The position numbers and the translations under genes were made by a program. From a virus (Duplodnaviria; Caudoviricetes): a stretch of 63,661 nucleotides of DNA. The DNA lies in IMG/VR virus record IMGVR_UViG_3300048851_000168, positions 1-63,661 of that record, one strand, 5' to 3'. The notes beneath the pieces were generated by a model that saw only the letters and a list, made by a program, of their open reading frames with translations, made no database searches and was not told where the DNA came from. How positions within the stretch are numbered: position 1 is the stretch's first letter; every line of letters starts with the position of its first letter. Positions 47,522 through 57,035 of this stretch are shown here, piece by piece.

Positions 47522-48997
47522 ATGTCGATCCCTGCAAGTGAAATCGTCCAGGTCATCCCTGGCGTGATCAGCGCCGGCGGTTCGGCGCTCGATCTGAACG
47601 GCCTGATCCTGACGAACGACGGCAGCGTGCCGATCGGCCAGGTGATGAGCTTCGAGACGGCCGCAGGTGTGGCCGACTACTTCGGCCCGACGTCGCCGGA
47701 GGCTGGCGCGGCCAGCATCTACTTCAACGGCTTCGACAATTCCACGAAGAAGCCCGGCGCAATGCTTATGGCGCAATATCCGGCTGCCGACGTCGCCGCT
47801 TACCTGCGCGGCGGATCGCTAGCCGGCATGACGCTGGACCAGTTGAAAGCCCTGTCCGGAACCCTGATTATCACGGTCGACGGCACCGTGAAGACGTCGA
47901 CGTCAATCAGCCTGTCAGCCGCCACCAGCTTTTCGAATGCTGCGACGATCATCGCCGCAGGGTTCACCAGCGGCCCGGCGGTCACGTACGACAGCATCCT
48001 GTCCGCCTTCGTGTTCACGTCGACCACGGACGGCGCGGATTCGACCATCAGCTACGCCACTGGCACGCTGTCGGCCGGGCTGAAGCTGACCTCGGCGACG
48101 GGCGCCGTTCCGTCCCAGGGCGCGGTCGCGGGCGTGCCGGCCACGGTTATGGGTCAGATAGCCGCCATCACCCAGAACTGGGCCTCATTCACGACGTTGT
48201 TCGAGCCGGATACCGAGGGCAAGCTGGCGTTCTCGGCCTGGAACAACTCGCAGGGCAACCGCTACTTGTATGCCGGGTGGGACACGGATGCGCAGGCCAC
48301 GGTACAGGGCAGCACGACGGCCTGGGGGGTGCAGGTCAAGACGGCGGGTTACTCCGGCATCGCACCCGTGTATGAGAGCCTGGACGACGCGGTATTCATG
48401 CTGGGAACCATCGCGTCGGTCGACTTCGAGCGCACCAACGGCCGCATCACCCTGGCATTTAAGGGACAGTCCGGCCTGAGCGCGACGGTTACGGATGCCA
48501 CGGATGCCGAAACGCTCATCGCCAATGGCTACAACTTCTACGGCGACTACGCGACGGCGAACGATGAATTCCGCTTTTTCTATCCCGGACAGATCAGCGG
48601 CGATTTCCAGTGGATCGATTCGTACGTCAACCAGATCTGGCTGAATAACGCGCTGCAGCAGGCCATGATGACGTTGCTGACGACGGTGACCTCAGTACCG
48701 TACAACACGGCCGGCTACACGCTGATCGAGCAAGCCTGCATGGACCCGATCAATGCGGCGCTGAACTTCGGCGCCATCCGGGCGGGCGTGACGCTGTCCG
48801 CGCTCCAGGCGGCAGAGGTGAACAACCAGGCCGGCGTCAACATCTCGAACACGCTCCAGACGCGCGGCTGGTACCTCCAAATCAAGGACGCCACGGCGCA
48901 AGTGCGCCAGGCGCGCCAGTCGCCGCCCATGACGCTCTGGTACATGGATGGCCAGGCCGTCCAACAGCTCACCCTGGCCTCCATCCTGATCCAGTAA
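47522..48997 (+). CDS. Tail sheath protein (DUF3383)
   Basis: IVQVIPGV..NGYNFYG..WIDSYVNQIWL. Confidence 0.88.
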   Translation: MSIPASEIVQVIPGVISAGGSALDLNGLILTNDGSVPIGQVMSFETAAGVADYFGPTSPEAGAASIYFNGFDNSTKKPGAMLMAQYPAADVAAYLRGGSLAGMTLDQLKALSGTLIITVDGTVKTSTSISLSAATSFSNAATIIAAGFTSGPAVTYDSILSAFVFTSTTDGADSTISYATGTLSAGLKLTSATGAVPSQGAVAGVPATVMGQIAAITQNWASFTTLFEPDTEGKLAFSAWNNSQGNRYLYAGWDTDAQATVQGSTTAWGVQVKTAGYSGIAPVYESLDDAVFMLGTIASVDFERTNGRITLAFKGQSGLSATVTDATDAETLIANGYNFYGDYATANDEFRFFYPGQISGDFQWIDSYVNQIWLNNALQQAMMTLLTTVTSVPYNTAGYTLIEQACMDPINAALNFGAIRAGVTLSALQAAEVNNQAGVNISNTLQTRGWYLQIKDATAQVRQARQSPPMTLWYMDGQAVQQLTLASILIQ

Positions 48998-49009
48998 GGG
49001 GAACACGTA

Positions 49010-49441
49010 ATGTCAACTCTCACCAGTGCCAACTCGGTCCTGATGCTCGCCGTGGGCGGCGTCTTTCCAGTCGCGCAGCAAATCCAGGGCTTCGCAACTG
49101 ATGACGCATTCACGGTTGAGGCCGTGAGTCCGGTCGAAACCCGCATGGGCGTGGACTCCAAGCTGTCGGGGGGCTATACGCCTTATCCGACCGTCCTGCA
49201 AATAACGCTTCAAGCGGACTCTCCCTCGGTTTTCGTGTTCGATACGTGGGGGACAGCGCAGAAAGTCGCGCGAGAGGTTTTCACAGGCGAGGGAACGATC
49301 TCGATCCCCTCCATAGGCAAGAAGTTTGCTCTAACCAAGGGATTCCTGACCAGCTTCACGCCGCTGCCGCCCAACAAAAAGATCCTGGAGCCGCAGACCT
49401 ACACCATCACGTTCGAGTCCTGCACTCCTTCCCCGATCTGA
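49010..49441 (+). CDS. Tail tube protein
   Basis: TLTSAN..QGFATD..MGVD..LQADSPS; follows the sheath gene. Confidence 0.82.
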   Translation: MSTLTSANSVLMLAVGGVFPVAQQIQGFATDDAFTVEAVSPVETRMGVDSKLSGGYTPYPTVLQITLQADSPSVFVFDTWGTAQKVAREVFTGEGTISIPSIGKKFALTKGFLTSFTPLPPNKKILEPQTYTITFESCTPSPI

Positions 49442-49442
49442 T

Positions 49443-49871
49443 ATGGCACGCAAAACCGCAACTATCACCATCGAGGCCGAAGGCCGGGACAAGGGCAAGG
49501 TCTTCGTCCTGACCGAGCTTTCGGCATCGGACGCCGAAGACTGGGCCATGCGCGCCTTGTTCGCGCTCATGAACGCGGGTGTCGAAGTGCCCGACAATCT
49601 GGCCGAGGCTGGCTTGGCGGGCGTTGCCACCATGGGCATGGATGCGCTCAAGCGGATTCCGTATGAGGCAGCAAAGCCTCTGATGGACACCATGAAGCAG
49701 TGCATCAAGGTCAAGCTGGCTGTCGTGCGCGAACTGATCGAGGACGACATCGAAGAGATGTCGACGTGGTTCTATCTTCGAAAGCAGGTGTTGCTGCTGC
49801 ACATGGATTTTTCTATGGCCGCCGCCCTATCGACCTTGGGCCAGGGCGCGGCCGAGGAAACCAGCGCCTAA
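49443..49871 (+). CDS. Tail assembly chaperone
   Basis: GRDKGKVF..DIEE..LHMDF; lies between tube and tape measure. Confidence 0.78.
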   Translation: MARKTATITIEAEGRDKGKVFVLTELSASDAEDWAMRALFALMNAGVEVPDNLAEAGLAGVATMGMDALKRIPYEAAKPLMDTMKQCIKVKLAVVRELIEDDIEEMSTWFYLRKQVLLLHMDFSMAAALSTLGQGAAEETSA

Positions 49872-50038
49872 TCGATTATGCAAACGTACCGCGCCGTATC
49901 GGCGTGGTCGTATCGCGCGGCCTCGCGACCCTGATCGAACTGCAAACGGCGTATGGGTCGGAAGACCTGTACAACCTACTGGAAATCATCGCGGTGGACG
50001 ACTACAACCGCGCCATCCTGAGCAAGGCCAAGGAATAG
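49805..50038 (+). CDS. Putative -1 frameshift extension of the tail chaperone
   Basis: GGATTTTTC site; the -1 frame is open to 50038 (ATLIELQTAY..DLYNLLEI). Confidence 0.55.
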   Translation, partial: GFFYGRRPIDLGPGRGRGNQRLIDYANVPRRIGVVVSRGLATLIELQTAYGSEDLYNLLEIIAVDDYNRAILSKAKE

Positions 50039-50039
50039 C

Positions 50040-51743
50040 ATGCCGACCGTTATTGACGCGCTGGTGGTTACGCTGGGCCTGGACCCCTCCAAGTACAACC
50101 AGGGGAACAAGAAATTCGTCTCCGATTTCCGAAAGTCCAAGGACGACGCGAGGCGCATCACGTCGGAAATGACGGAGGACGAGCGGAGCGCCGCCAAGCA
50201 GCGTGAAGAAATCGCCAAACAGGAGATGGAGGCGCGCAAGGAGTACGCCAAACGTGTAGGCATGGCCATCTCCAAGGTCCGCAATGAGGCGCTGGCTCTT
50301 TTGGGTGTCTTTACGGCCGGCCTGGGCATCAAGAACTTCGTCGGCGACACGATCAACCAAGCGGCAAGCCTGAGTCGGCTGTCCGAAAACCTGAACATCA
50401 GCGCCACCGACCTGGCGACGTGGCAGCTGGCCGCGAAGAACGCCGGCGGCACGATGGAGGGCATGACCGCCCAGCTGAAGGAGTCGGCCGACGCGGTTGC
50501 CAACTTCAAGGCCGGCTTCGGCGCCGACTCCGGAATGCAGTTCTTCTTTCGGATGGGCGGCACGACCCAGGACCTGAAGGACGGAAACTCGTACCTGATG
50601 GCGCGAGCGAAGATCGTTGCGGACATTTACAAGACGGACCGGCAGCGCGCGGCCGTGGTGTCCAAGGCGATGGGCCTGGACGAGGCACAGTTCAATCTGT
50701 ACCGGCTCGGCCCGCAAGGCATCGCCCAGCGCCGGCAGGAGCAAGCGCCGCTGGCCAACGATCTGGCCGCGAACGCTGCAAGTGCTGAAGCGCTGCGTCG
50801 CAAGTACGACACCGTGATGAACAAGTTCTCCAGCGTCGGGGTGAACATTCTCAACGCGGTGATGCCATCCATCAACCTGGTGGTGGACAAGATCATCGAG
50901 CTGGGAAACTGGGTGGTGCAGCACAAGGACACGATCAACACCGCGGTTGCGTCTTGGGTCAAGGGTTTCGGGGACTTCCTGAAATCACTGGATGGTCTGT
51001 CGAAAAAATGGGATGACTTTAAGAACACCCCCATCGGCCGGATGCTGAACAGCCTGCTGAATGCCGGCATCGAGGCGACGGTGCCGAAGGCGGCGAGAGA
51101 GACCGAAAAGCGCGTGAACGATGCCGAGTACGGCAAGATGCGGTACGACGACCCACGGCTGAACGAGTACGCCACGCAGGTCGAGCGCCGGGAAGGGTTG
51201 CCGGCCGGCCTGCTGAACAGCATCAAGAACCGAGGTGAGCGCAGCAACCCGGATCAGGTGTCGCCGCGTGGTGCCGTCGGCGTTATGCAGTTCATGCCCA
51301 AGACCTGGGATCAATACGGCGACGGCGACCCCAAGAACCCCTACGCATCGCTTGACGCGGCCGGCCGCTACTTCAAGGATCTGCTGAAGCGCTACAACGG
51401 GAGCGTCGATGCCGCCATCACGGAATACAACGGCGGTGTGAAGCAGGCGCGCTCCGTGCAAACTGGTGGCGCGCCCTGGGACCCGGAGACGGTCGGCTAT
51501 CTGGACCGCGTGCGCCGCGGGCTCGGCACGGACGCGACGATTGCGACCGCGAATGCGGCGCAGTCTTCGCCGGCCGCCGCGTCCACCAGCACGACAACGA
51601 CAAGCAGTACCACCGAGACGAACATCAACGGTCCCATCACGATCCATACCCAGGCATCCGACGGCCACGGGATCATGAGGGACCTGATTCAGGGCGCTGG
51701 AAACATGACCCTTGCGACCCAGGCCAACACCGGACTTCGATAG
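50040..51743 (+). CDS. Tape measure protein with lytic transglycosylase (SLT) domain
   Basis: MPTVIDALVVTLGLD; SPRGAVGVMQFMP, YNGG. Confidence 0.88.
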   Translation: MPTVIDALVVTLGLDPSKYNQGNKKFVSDFRKSKDDARRITSEMTEDERSAAKQREEIAKQEMEARKEYAKRVGMAISKVRNEALALLGVFTAGLGIKNFVGDTINQAASLSRLSENLNISATDLATWQLAAKNAGGTMEGMTAQLKESADAVANFKAGFGADSGMQFFFRMGGTTQDLKDGNSYLMARAKIVADIYKTDRQRAAVVSKAMGLDEAQFNLYRLGPQGIAQRRQEQAPLANDLAANAASAEALRRKYDTVMNKFSSVGVNILNAVMPSINLVVDKIIELGNWVVQHKDTINTAVASWVKGFGDFLKSLDGLSKKWDDFKNTPIGRMLNSLLNAGIEATVPKAARETEKRVNDAEYGKMRYDDPRLNEYATQVERREGLPAGLLNSIKNRGERSNPDQVSPRGAVGVMQFMPKTWDQYGDGDPKNPYASLDAAGRYFKDLLKRYNGSVDAAITEYNGGVKQARSVQTGGAPWDPETVGYLDRVRRGLGTDATIATANAAQSSPAAASTSTTTTSSTTETNINGPITIHTQASDGHGIMRDLIQGAGNMTLATQANTGLR

Positions 51744-52382
51744 ATGCCGCTGATCCCTTTCCCTGATGTGCCGCAGGTGCCAGGCGTGCCGGCGGTATTC
51801 CGGAACCTGACCATTCCCACGCCGGAACAGTTGCTGAACCTTGCGCTGGGCGGCCTGACGGACCTGATCTTTGGCACACCGCTGTGGGGCGTCTACGACC
51901 AAGACGGAAACAAGGTGCTGGAGCCCGACTCTTTTCTCGGGATCAGATTTCGCAATGGCGCGCACGTGGCAGATGCACCCATGGAGGCGGGTTCGTTTTC
52001 GTCCTACAACAAGGTCCAGACGCCTTTCGATGCGGCGATACGCATGTCCATTGGTTCGGATCTGGCGGGCCGGCAGGAGTTTCTAGGGACGGTAGGAGCA
52101 CTGGTGCAGTCCACGGACCTGTACGCCGTCGTGACGCCGGAAATCTCGTATGGCAGTGTCAATATGGTTGGCTATAGCTACAGCCGATCGGAGCGGCAAG
52201 GCACGACGCTGCTGGTCGTTGAAATGGCCTTCCAGGAAATCAGGCAGTCTGCGGTCGCGCAGTTCTCCCAGGTGCAAGCGCCAAGCGGCGCGAATCCGGT
52301 AAACGATGGTCAGGTGCAGGCGCTGCCGGTTCCCGATGTGGGATCGCTGGCTACGGGCGAATTCGGGGTGAACATCCGATGA
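51744..52382 (+). CDS. Tail tube initiator / baseplate protein
   Basis: PMEAGSFSSYNKV; position in the tail module. Confidence 0.72.
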   Translation: MPLIPFPDVPQVPGVPAVFRNLTIPTPEQLLNLALGGLTDLIFGTPLWGVYDQDGNKVLEPDSFLGIRFRNGAHVADAPMEAGSFSSYNKVQTPFDAAIRMSIGSDLAGRQEFLGTVGALVQSTDLYAVVTPEISYGSVNMVGYSYSRSERQGTTLLVVEMAFQEIRQSAVAQFSQVQAPSGANPVNDGQVQALPVPDVGSLATGEFGVNIR

Positions 52383-52678
52383 AGACCATACCCCTACAGG
52401 CGGTACCGTCGCAGTCCCTGAGCGTGGTCCTTGGCAGCCAGAATTGCCAGATAAACGTCTACCAGAAGTCCACGGGCTTGTTCCTGGATCTGTTCGTGAA
52501 CAACGAGCCGATCATCACCGCGGCGTTGTGCCTGGATCGCGTGCGGCTGGTGCGCACGAGTTACCAGGCCTTCGTAGGCGATCTGGCCTTCGCTGACACG
52601 CTGGGAACTGCGGACCCGACGTACCAGGGGCTGTCCACCCAGTTCCAACTGCTTTACCTGGAATCCACGGACCTATGA
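52379..52678 (+). CDS. Baseplate protein
   Basis: IPLQAVPSQ..GDLAF.D..G..DP. Confidence 0.72.
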   Translation: MKTIPLQAVPSQSLSVVLGSQNCQINVYQKSTGLFLDLFVNNEPIITAALCLDRVRLVRTSYQAFVGDLAFADTLGTADPTYQGLSTQFQLLYLESTDL

Positions 52679-53538
52679 GCTTCGTCAAGCGCCGCATCGA
52701 CGTCACGATCAGCCTAGGAGAAGGGCAGTTCGGCGAGAGCAAGGGGCAAGACGTCACCCTGACCGGTTATCGGACGTCGGCAGCCATCGTTGCTTATACC
52801 GCCGACATCCAGGCCCAGATGCAGCTCCGGATGTGGGGCCTTCCCCTGGAGATGATCAACCGGCTGACCACCATCGGGCCGATCATGCCGCAGCAGAGAA
52901 AGAACTCCATTCTCGTGGCGGCCGGCGACGAGGGGAGCGCGCTGAGCGTTGCTTATCAGGGGGTGATAACGACCGCCTTCGGCGACTTCAACCAGGCACC
53001 GAACGTATCGTTGAATATCCTGGCGCAGGCTGCACAGGTGGATGCGATCAAGCCGGTGGCAGCGCGTAGCTACCCCGGATCGGTGAACGCCGCGGGCATC
53101 ATGGCGGACTTGGCGCAGCAGATGGGCTTGGCGTTCGAAAACAACGGCGTGAACGTCCAGTTATCGAATGCGTACCTGCCGGGCACGGCCCTGGATCAGG
53201 TAAAGGCGTGCGCGCGAGCGGCGAATATCTCGTACACCATCGATCGCGGAGTGTTGGCGATCTGGCCTCTCGCCGGCGCGCGCATGGCGGAACCGGTGCT
53301 GATTTCCCCAGCCACGGGACTGGTCGGCTACCCTGCTTTTTCGAGTGGCGGGATCGTTTTCACAACCCTGTATAGCCCGGCGCTGTCGCTGGGTGGGAAG
53401 GTCAACGTGCAGAGCTCGCTAGGCGTCGCTAACGGCGAGTGGAACGTCTTCTCCTACGCCCATATGCTGGAAGCGCAGATGCCGAATGGGCAATGGTTTA
53501 CGCAGGTCCAATGCTGGAGGCCCATCGATGGCCAATGA
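52675..53538 (+). CDS. Baseplate hub protein
   Basis: FENNGV, ISPATGLVGYP; position. Confidence 0.75.
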   Translation: MSFVKRRIDVTISLGEGQFGESKGQDVTLTGYRTSAAIVAYTADIQAQMQLRMWGLPLEMINRLTTIGPIMPQQRKNSILVAAGDEGSALSVAYQGVITTAFGDFNQAPNVSLNILAQAAQVDAIKPVAARSYPGSVNAAGIMADLAQQMGLAFENNGVNVQLSNAYLPGTALDQVKACARAANISYTIDRGVLAIWPLAGARMAEPVLISPATGLVGYPAFSSGGIVFTTLYSPALSLGGKVNVQSSLGVANGEWNVFSYAHMLEAQMPNGQWFTQVQCWRPIDGQ

Positions 53539-54280
53539 AATGGGATTCGCTGGCTTGGCCCAGCCAGGCGACGGGGTGGGACCGTATGGCGCGCTGCTCT
53601 TCCTGATCCGGTCAACCTTGCTCAAAGAGATGCGCACTGTCGACCTCGTGCAGGTCGTCGCGGTCACGAACGACGGCGGCGTCAGCCCGGTGGGCTTCGT
53701 CGACGTCCAGCCGCTGGTCAACCAGGTGGATGGAAACGGCAACGCGACGCCGCATGGCGTGCTGCACCACCTGCCGTATTTCCGGCTCCAGGGTGGCGCA
53801 GACGCCGTCATTCTTGACCCGAAGGTGGGCGACATCGGAATGGCCGCATTCGCGAGTCGGGACGTGTCGTCGGTGAAGGCGAACAAGGCGCAGGCAAACC
53901 CGGGATCGAACCGGTCTTTCGACATGGCAGATGGCCTGTACTTCGGTGGCCTGCTGAACGGCACGCCGGCGCAGTATGTTCAATTCAACGAGGGCGGCAT
54001 CAACATTGTGTCGCCCAGCAAGGTGACCGTGGTGGCACCAGCTGTCGAAGTGGATGCGAGTGCCGCGATCACCTACAACTCGCCGCTTATCACGCTGAAC
54101 GGCACAGTCGCTCAGGGGAACGGCTCGTTTGGTGGAACGACGAGTTGGAAGGGAAACATGCAGATCGACGGAGATGTGGCTATCAACGGCATGCTGACGA
54201 ATAACGGCGTGCCGGTCGGTTCTACGCACACTCACCATGAAAACGGAGCGGGCAACAATACCAACCCGCCGAACCCATGA
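53528..54280 (+). CDS. Baseplate spike protein (Gp138/GpV-like)
   Basis: VDVQPLV, PKVGDIG, C-terminal HTH(H) metal site. Confidence 0.85.
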   Translation: MANEMGFAGLAQPGDGVGPYGALLFLIRSTLLKEMRTVDLVQVVAVTNDGGVSPVGFVDVQPLVNQVDGNGNATPHGVLHHLPYFRLQGGADAVILDPKVGDIGMAAFASRDVSSVKANKAQANPGSNRSFDMADGLYFGGLLNGTPAQYVQFNEGGINIVSPSKVTVVAPAVEVDASAAITYNSPLITLNGTVAQGNGSFGGTTSWKGNMQIDGDVAINGMLTNNGVPVGSTHTHHENGAGNNTNPPNP

Positions 54281-54795
54281 AACGAGACATCACCGCCGAC
54301 GAGGCGCGCGCGCTGCTCAAATATGACCCCGATACGGGGTCTTTTTTTTGGCGGGTGACACGCAACAATCGTACGAAAGCCGGCAGTCAAGCCGGCAATG
54401 TGGAGGCCAATGGCTATACGGTCATCAAGATTGATGGCCGCATCTACAAGGCGCACCGCCTGGCATGGTTGATCACCTACGGTCGCTGGCCTGACGGGGA
54501 AGTGGATCACATCAACCGAATTAGGGCCGATGATCGGATCTGCAATCTACGCGACGTCACGACCAGCGAAAACTGCCGTAACCGCGGCACGAGATCCGAC
54601 AACAGCAGCGGTTATCCAGGCGTCCATCGGCGCGGGGCGAAGTGGCAGGCACGAATACATACCGACAACGGCCGGATCAGCCTGGGGCATTTCGAAAGAC
54701 TATGCGATGCCGTGGCAGCCCGGCAAAGCATGGAGCGGAAGCTTGGTTATCTCACGCGGCCCAGTGGAGGCATGAATGCGCACGCTTCTACTTGA
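54277..54795 (+). CDS. HNH endonuclease with AP2 domain
   Basis: YDPDTG, AHRLAW, VDHINR..NLR, SGYPGV..WQARI. Confidence 0.9.
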   Translation: MKRDITADEARALLKYDPDTGSFFWRVTRNNRTKAGSQAGNVEANGYTVIKIDGRIYKAHRLAWLITYGRWPDGEVDHINRIRADDRICNLRDVTTSENCRNRGTRSDNSSGYPGVHRRGAKWQARIHTDNGRISLGHFERLCDAVAARQSMERKLGYLTRPSGGMNAHAST

Positions 54796-55126
54796 CAGAA
54801 CGGCATGGGATTGTGTGATCGATGCCGCTGGAAATTGGGCGGTCGCCAGTGACCCATATTCTTTGGCCCAGGACGTCGCCAGCGCGGTCAAGCTGTTCCT
54901 GGGGGAGTTGTACTACGACACCACGAAAGGGATCCCGTACTTCCAGCAGGTCCTGGGCCAGTGGCCGCCGCTGGCGCTGGTCCGCGCACGGATCGAAGCC
55001 GCAGCGCTGACCGTCCCCGAAGTGGTCCAGGCGCGCTGCACCATTACCGCGTTCCAGGGCCGCGTCATCACAGGTCAAGTCTTGGTCATCGACCAGGACG
55101 GACAAGAGCACAACGTCACTTTCTGA
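54776..55126 (+). CDS. Baseplate wedge / sheath initiator (gp25/gp46-like)
   Basis: AQDVASAVKLFLGE..GIPY. Confidence 0.75.
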   Translation: MRTLLLDRTAWDCVIDAAGNWAVASDPYSLAQDVASAVKLFLGELYYDTTKGIPYFQQVLGQWPPLALVRARIEAAALTVPEVVQARCTITAFQGRVITGQVLVIDQDGQEHNVTF

Positions 55127-55134
55127 GGTAATCC

Positions 55135-56346
55135 ATGGCGACAAGCCAAGTACCGGCGATCCAGTGGACGCCGGAAGGCCTCGTATTGCCCGCAGAATCG
55201 GCGATCCTGGCCGGCGTGCAGGCTGACCAGGATCAGGCGTTTGGCGGCGGCATGAACCCCGCCCTGGAGGCACCACAGGGCCAGATTGCCAGCACGACGA
55301 CCGCGGTCATCGGCCAGAAGAACAGCGAGATCGCGAGCCTCGTCAACCAGGTGAACCCGGCGTTCGCCGAAGGGCGGATGCAGGACGCGATCGGGTACAT
55401 CTACTTCCTGGAGCGTAAGCCCGGCACACCGACTGCCGTTGTGGCGACCTGCACGGGCCAGGAAGACACGATCATCCCTGTGGGAGCCCAGGCACGCGAC
55501 ACGGCCAACAACATCTATCTCTGCACGCAGGCCGGAACGATCCCCTCGGGCGGCTCGATCGACCTGACGTTCGCGTGCTCCGTAAACGGGCCGATCGCCT
55601 GCCCGGCTGGCCAACTGAACCGCATCTACCAATCGATCCCCGGCTGGGACTCGATCCTGAACGCCGACGACGGCACGCCTGGGAGCGACGTCGAAAGCCG
55701 CGCCGAGTTCGAGGAGCGGCGCAAGGCCTCCGTGGCGCTCAATGCGGTGAACTCGCTGCAATCCATCTACGGCAACGTGCTGAACGTCGCCGGTGTGATA
55801 GATGCGTATGCGACCGAGAACGTCACCGCCGCGCCGCTGACGGTCGGCGGTGTGACCCTGGCGCCGCATTCGATCTGGGTAGCGGTTGTGGGCGGCGCTG
55901 CGGCGGATATTGCCGGCGCAATCTGGCGCAAGAAGTCCCTCGGCGCGAACTACAACGGCAACACGTCTTTCACCGTGCAGGACACGACGGGCTACGAATA
56001 TCCATACCCGTCGTATGTGGTGAGTTGGGAAACAGCGGATGCGCTGCCGATCCTGTTCGCGGTGCAGCTGTCCAACAATCCCAGCCTGCCGTCTGACATC
56101 GTCAACCTCACGAAACAGGCCATCGTCGCGGCCTTCAATGGTCAGGATGGCGGTATTCGCGCGCGCATCGGAGCGTCGATCTCGGCCAGTCGCTACTACG
56201 CGCCGGTGATCAATATCGCGCCGAGTGCCGTGACGATTCTGTCGCTGCTTCTCGGTCCGACGACGCCCGCGTTGCCGCTGTACACGGTGCCAATAGACAG
56301 GCGGCCCACTATAAGCGCCGCCAACATCACGGTGACTCTCGTATGA
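55135..56346 (+). CDS. Baseplate J/gp47 family protein
   Basis: PQGQ, G.DVESRAEF, PHSI. Confidence 0.88.
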   Translation: MATSQVPAIQWTPEGLVLPAESAILAGVQADQDQAFGGGMNPALEAPQGQIASTTTAVIGQKNSEIASLVNQVNPAFAEGRMQDAIGYIYFLERKPGTPTAVVATCTGQEDTIIPVGAQARDTANNIYLCTQAGTIPSGGSIDLTFACSVNGPIACPAGQLNRIYQSIPGWDSILNADDGTPGSDVESRAEFEERRKASVALNAVNSLQSIYGNVLNVAGVIDAYATENVTAAPLTVGGVTLAPHSIWVAVVGGAAADIAGAIWRKKSLGANYNGNTSFTVQDTTGYEYPYPSYVVSWETADALPILFAVQLSNNPSLPSDIVNLTKQAIVAAFNGQDGGIRARIGASISASRYYAPVINIAPSAVTILSLLLGPTTPALPLYTVPIDRRPTISAANITVTLV

Positions 56347-57035
56347 CCGTAACGCCGAAACCTGGTCTGGTCGCGCAGACCATCATCAGCCAGTACGCGA
56401 ACAGCCCCACGCTCGTCCAGCTGTGCAACAACATGGACACGTACATCAATCCGGACGCCGATCTGGACATGTTCTACGACTACGTCTGGAACGTGATGAC
56501 GGCGCTTGGCTTCGGGCTGGACATCTGGGGGCAGATCGTCAATATCGGGCGACAGCTGACGATCCCCGGCGCCGCGACATATCTGGGCTTCAGCGAGGCG
56601 TACACGCAACCCACAGCTGACATTGGACCGCAACCGTTCGGCCAGGCGCCTTTCTACGCGGGCGTGCAGGACACGGAAACCTACACGCTTTCAGACGACG
56701 CGTATCGCACTCTCATCCTGGTCAAGGCCTTGGCCAACATATCGGATTGCACGGCCCCTAGCCTGAATCAATTGCTGCAAAACCTCTTCCAGGGTCGTGG
56801 ACGCTGCTACGTCAACGATCTGGGCAACATGCAGATGCGGTTCACCTTCGAGTTTTATCTCCAGCCGTTCGAGATGGCGATCATGACGCAGTCAGGTGCC
56901 ATTCCAAGGCCGGCTGCGGTGCAGGCATTTCTCACACAGGTTCCGGTTCCAAACACGTTCGGATTTGCCGAGATGGGCAATGTGGCCCCTTTCGGACAAG
57001 GCACGCTTTTCAACGGGGTAGTCAATGCAAACTAG
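56343..57035 (+). CDS. Baseplate protein (DUF2612)
   Basis: SQYANSP, GLDIWGQIV, LSDDAYR. Confidence 0.85.
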   Translation: MTVTPKPGLVAQTIISQYANSPTLVQLCNNMDTYINPDADLDMFYDYVWNVMTALGFGLDIWGQIVNIGRQLTIPGAATYLGFSEAYTQPTADIGPQPFGQAPFYAGVQDTETYTLSDDAYRTLILVKALANISDCTAPSLNQLLQNLFQGRGRCYVNDLGNMQMRFTFEFYLQPFEMAIMTQSGAIPRPAAVQAFLTQVPVPNTFGFAEMGNVAPFGQGTLFNGVVNAN

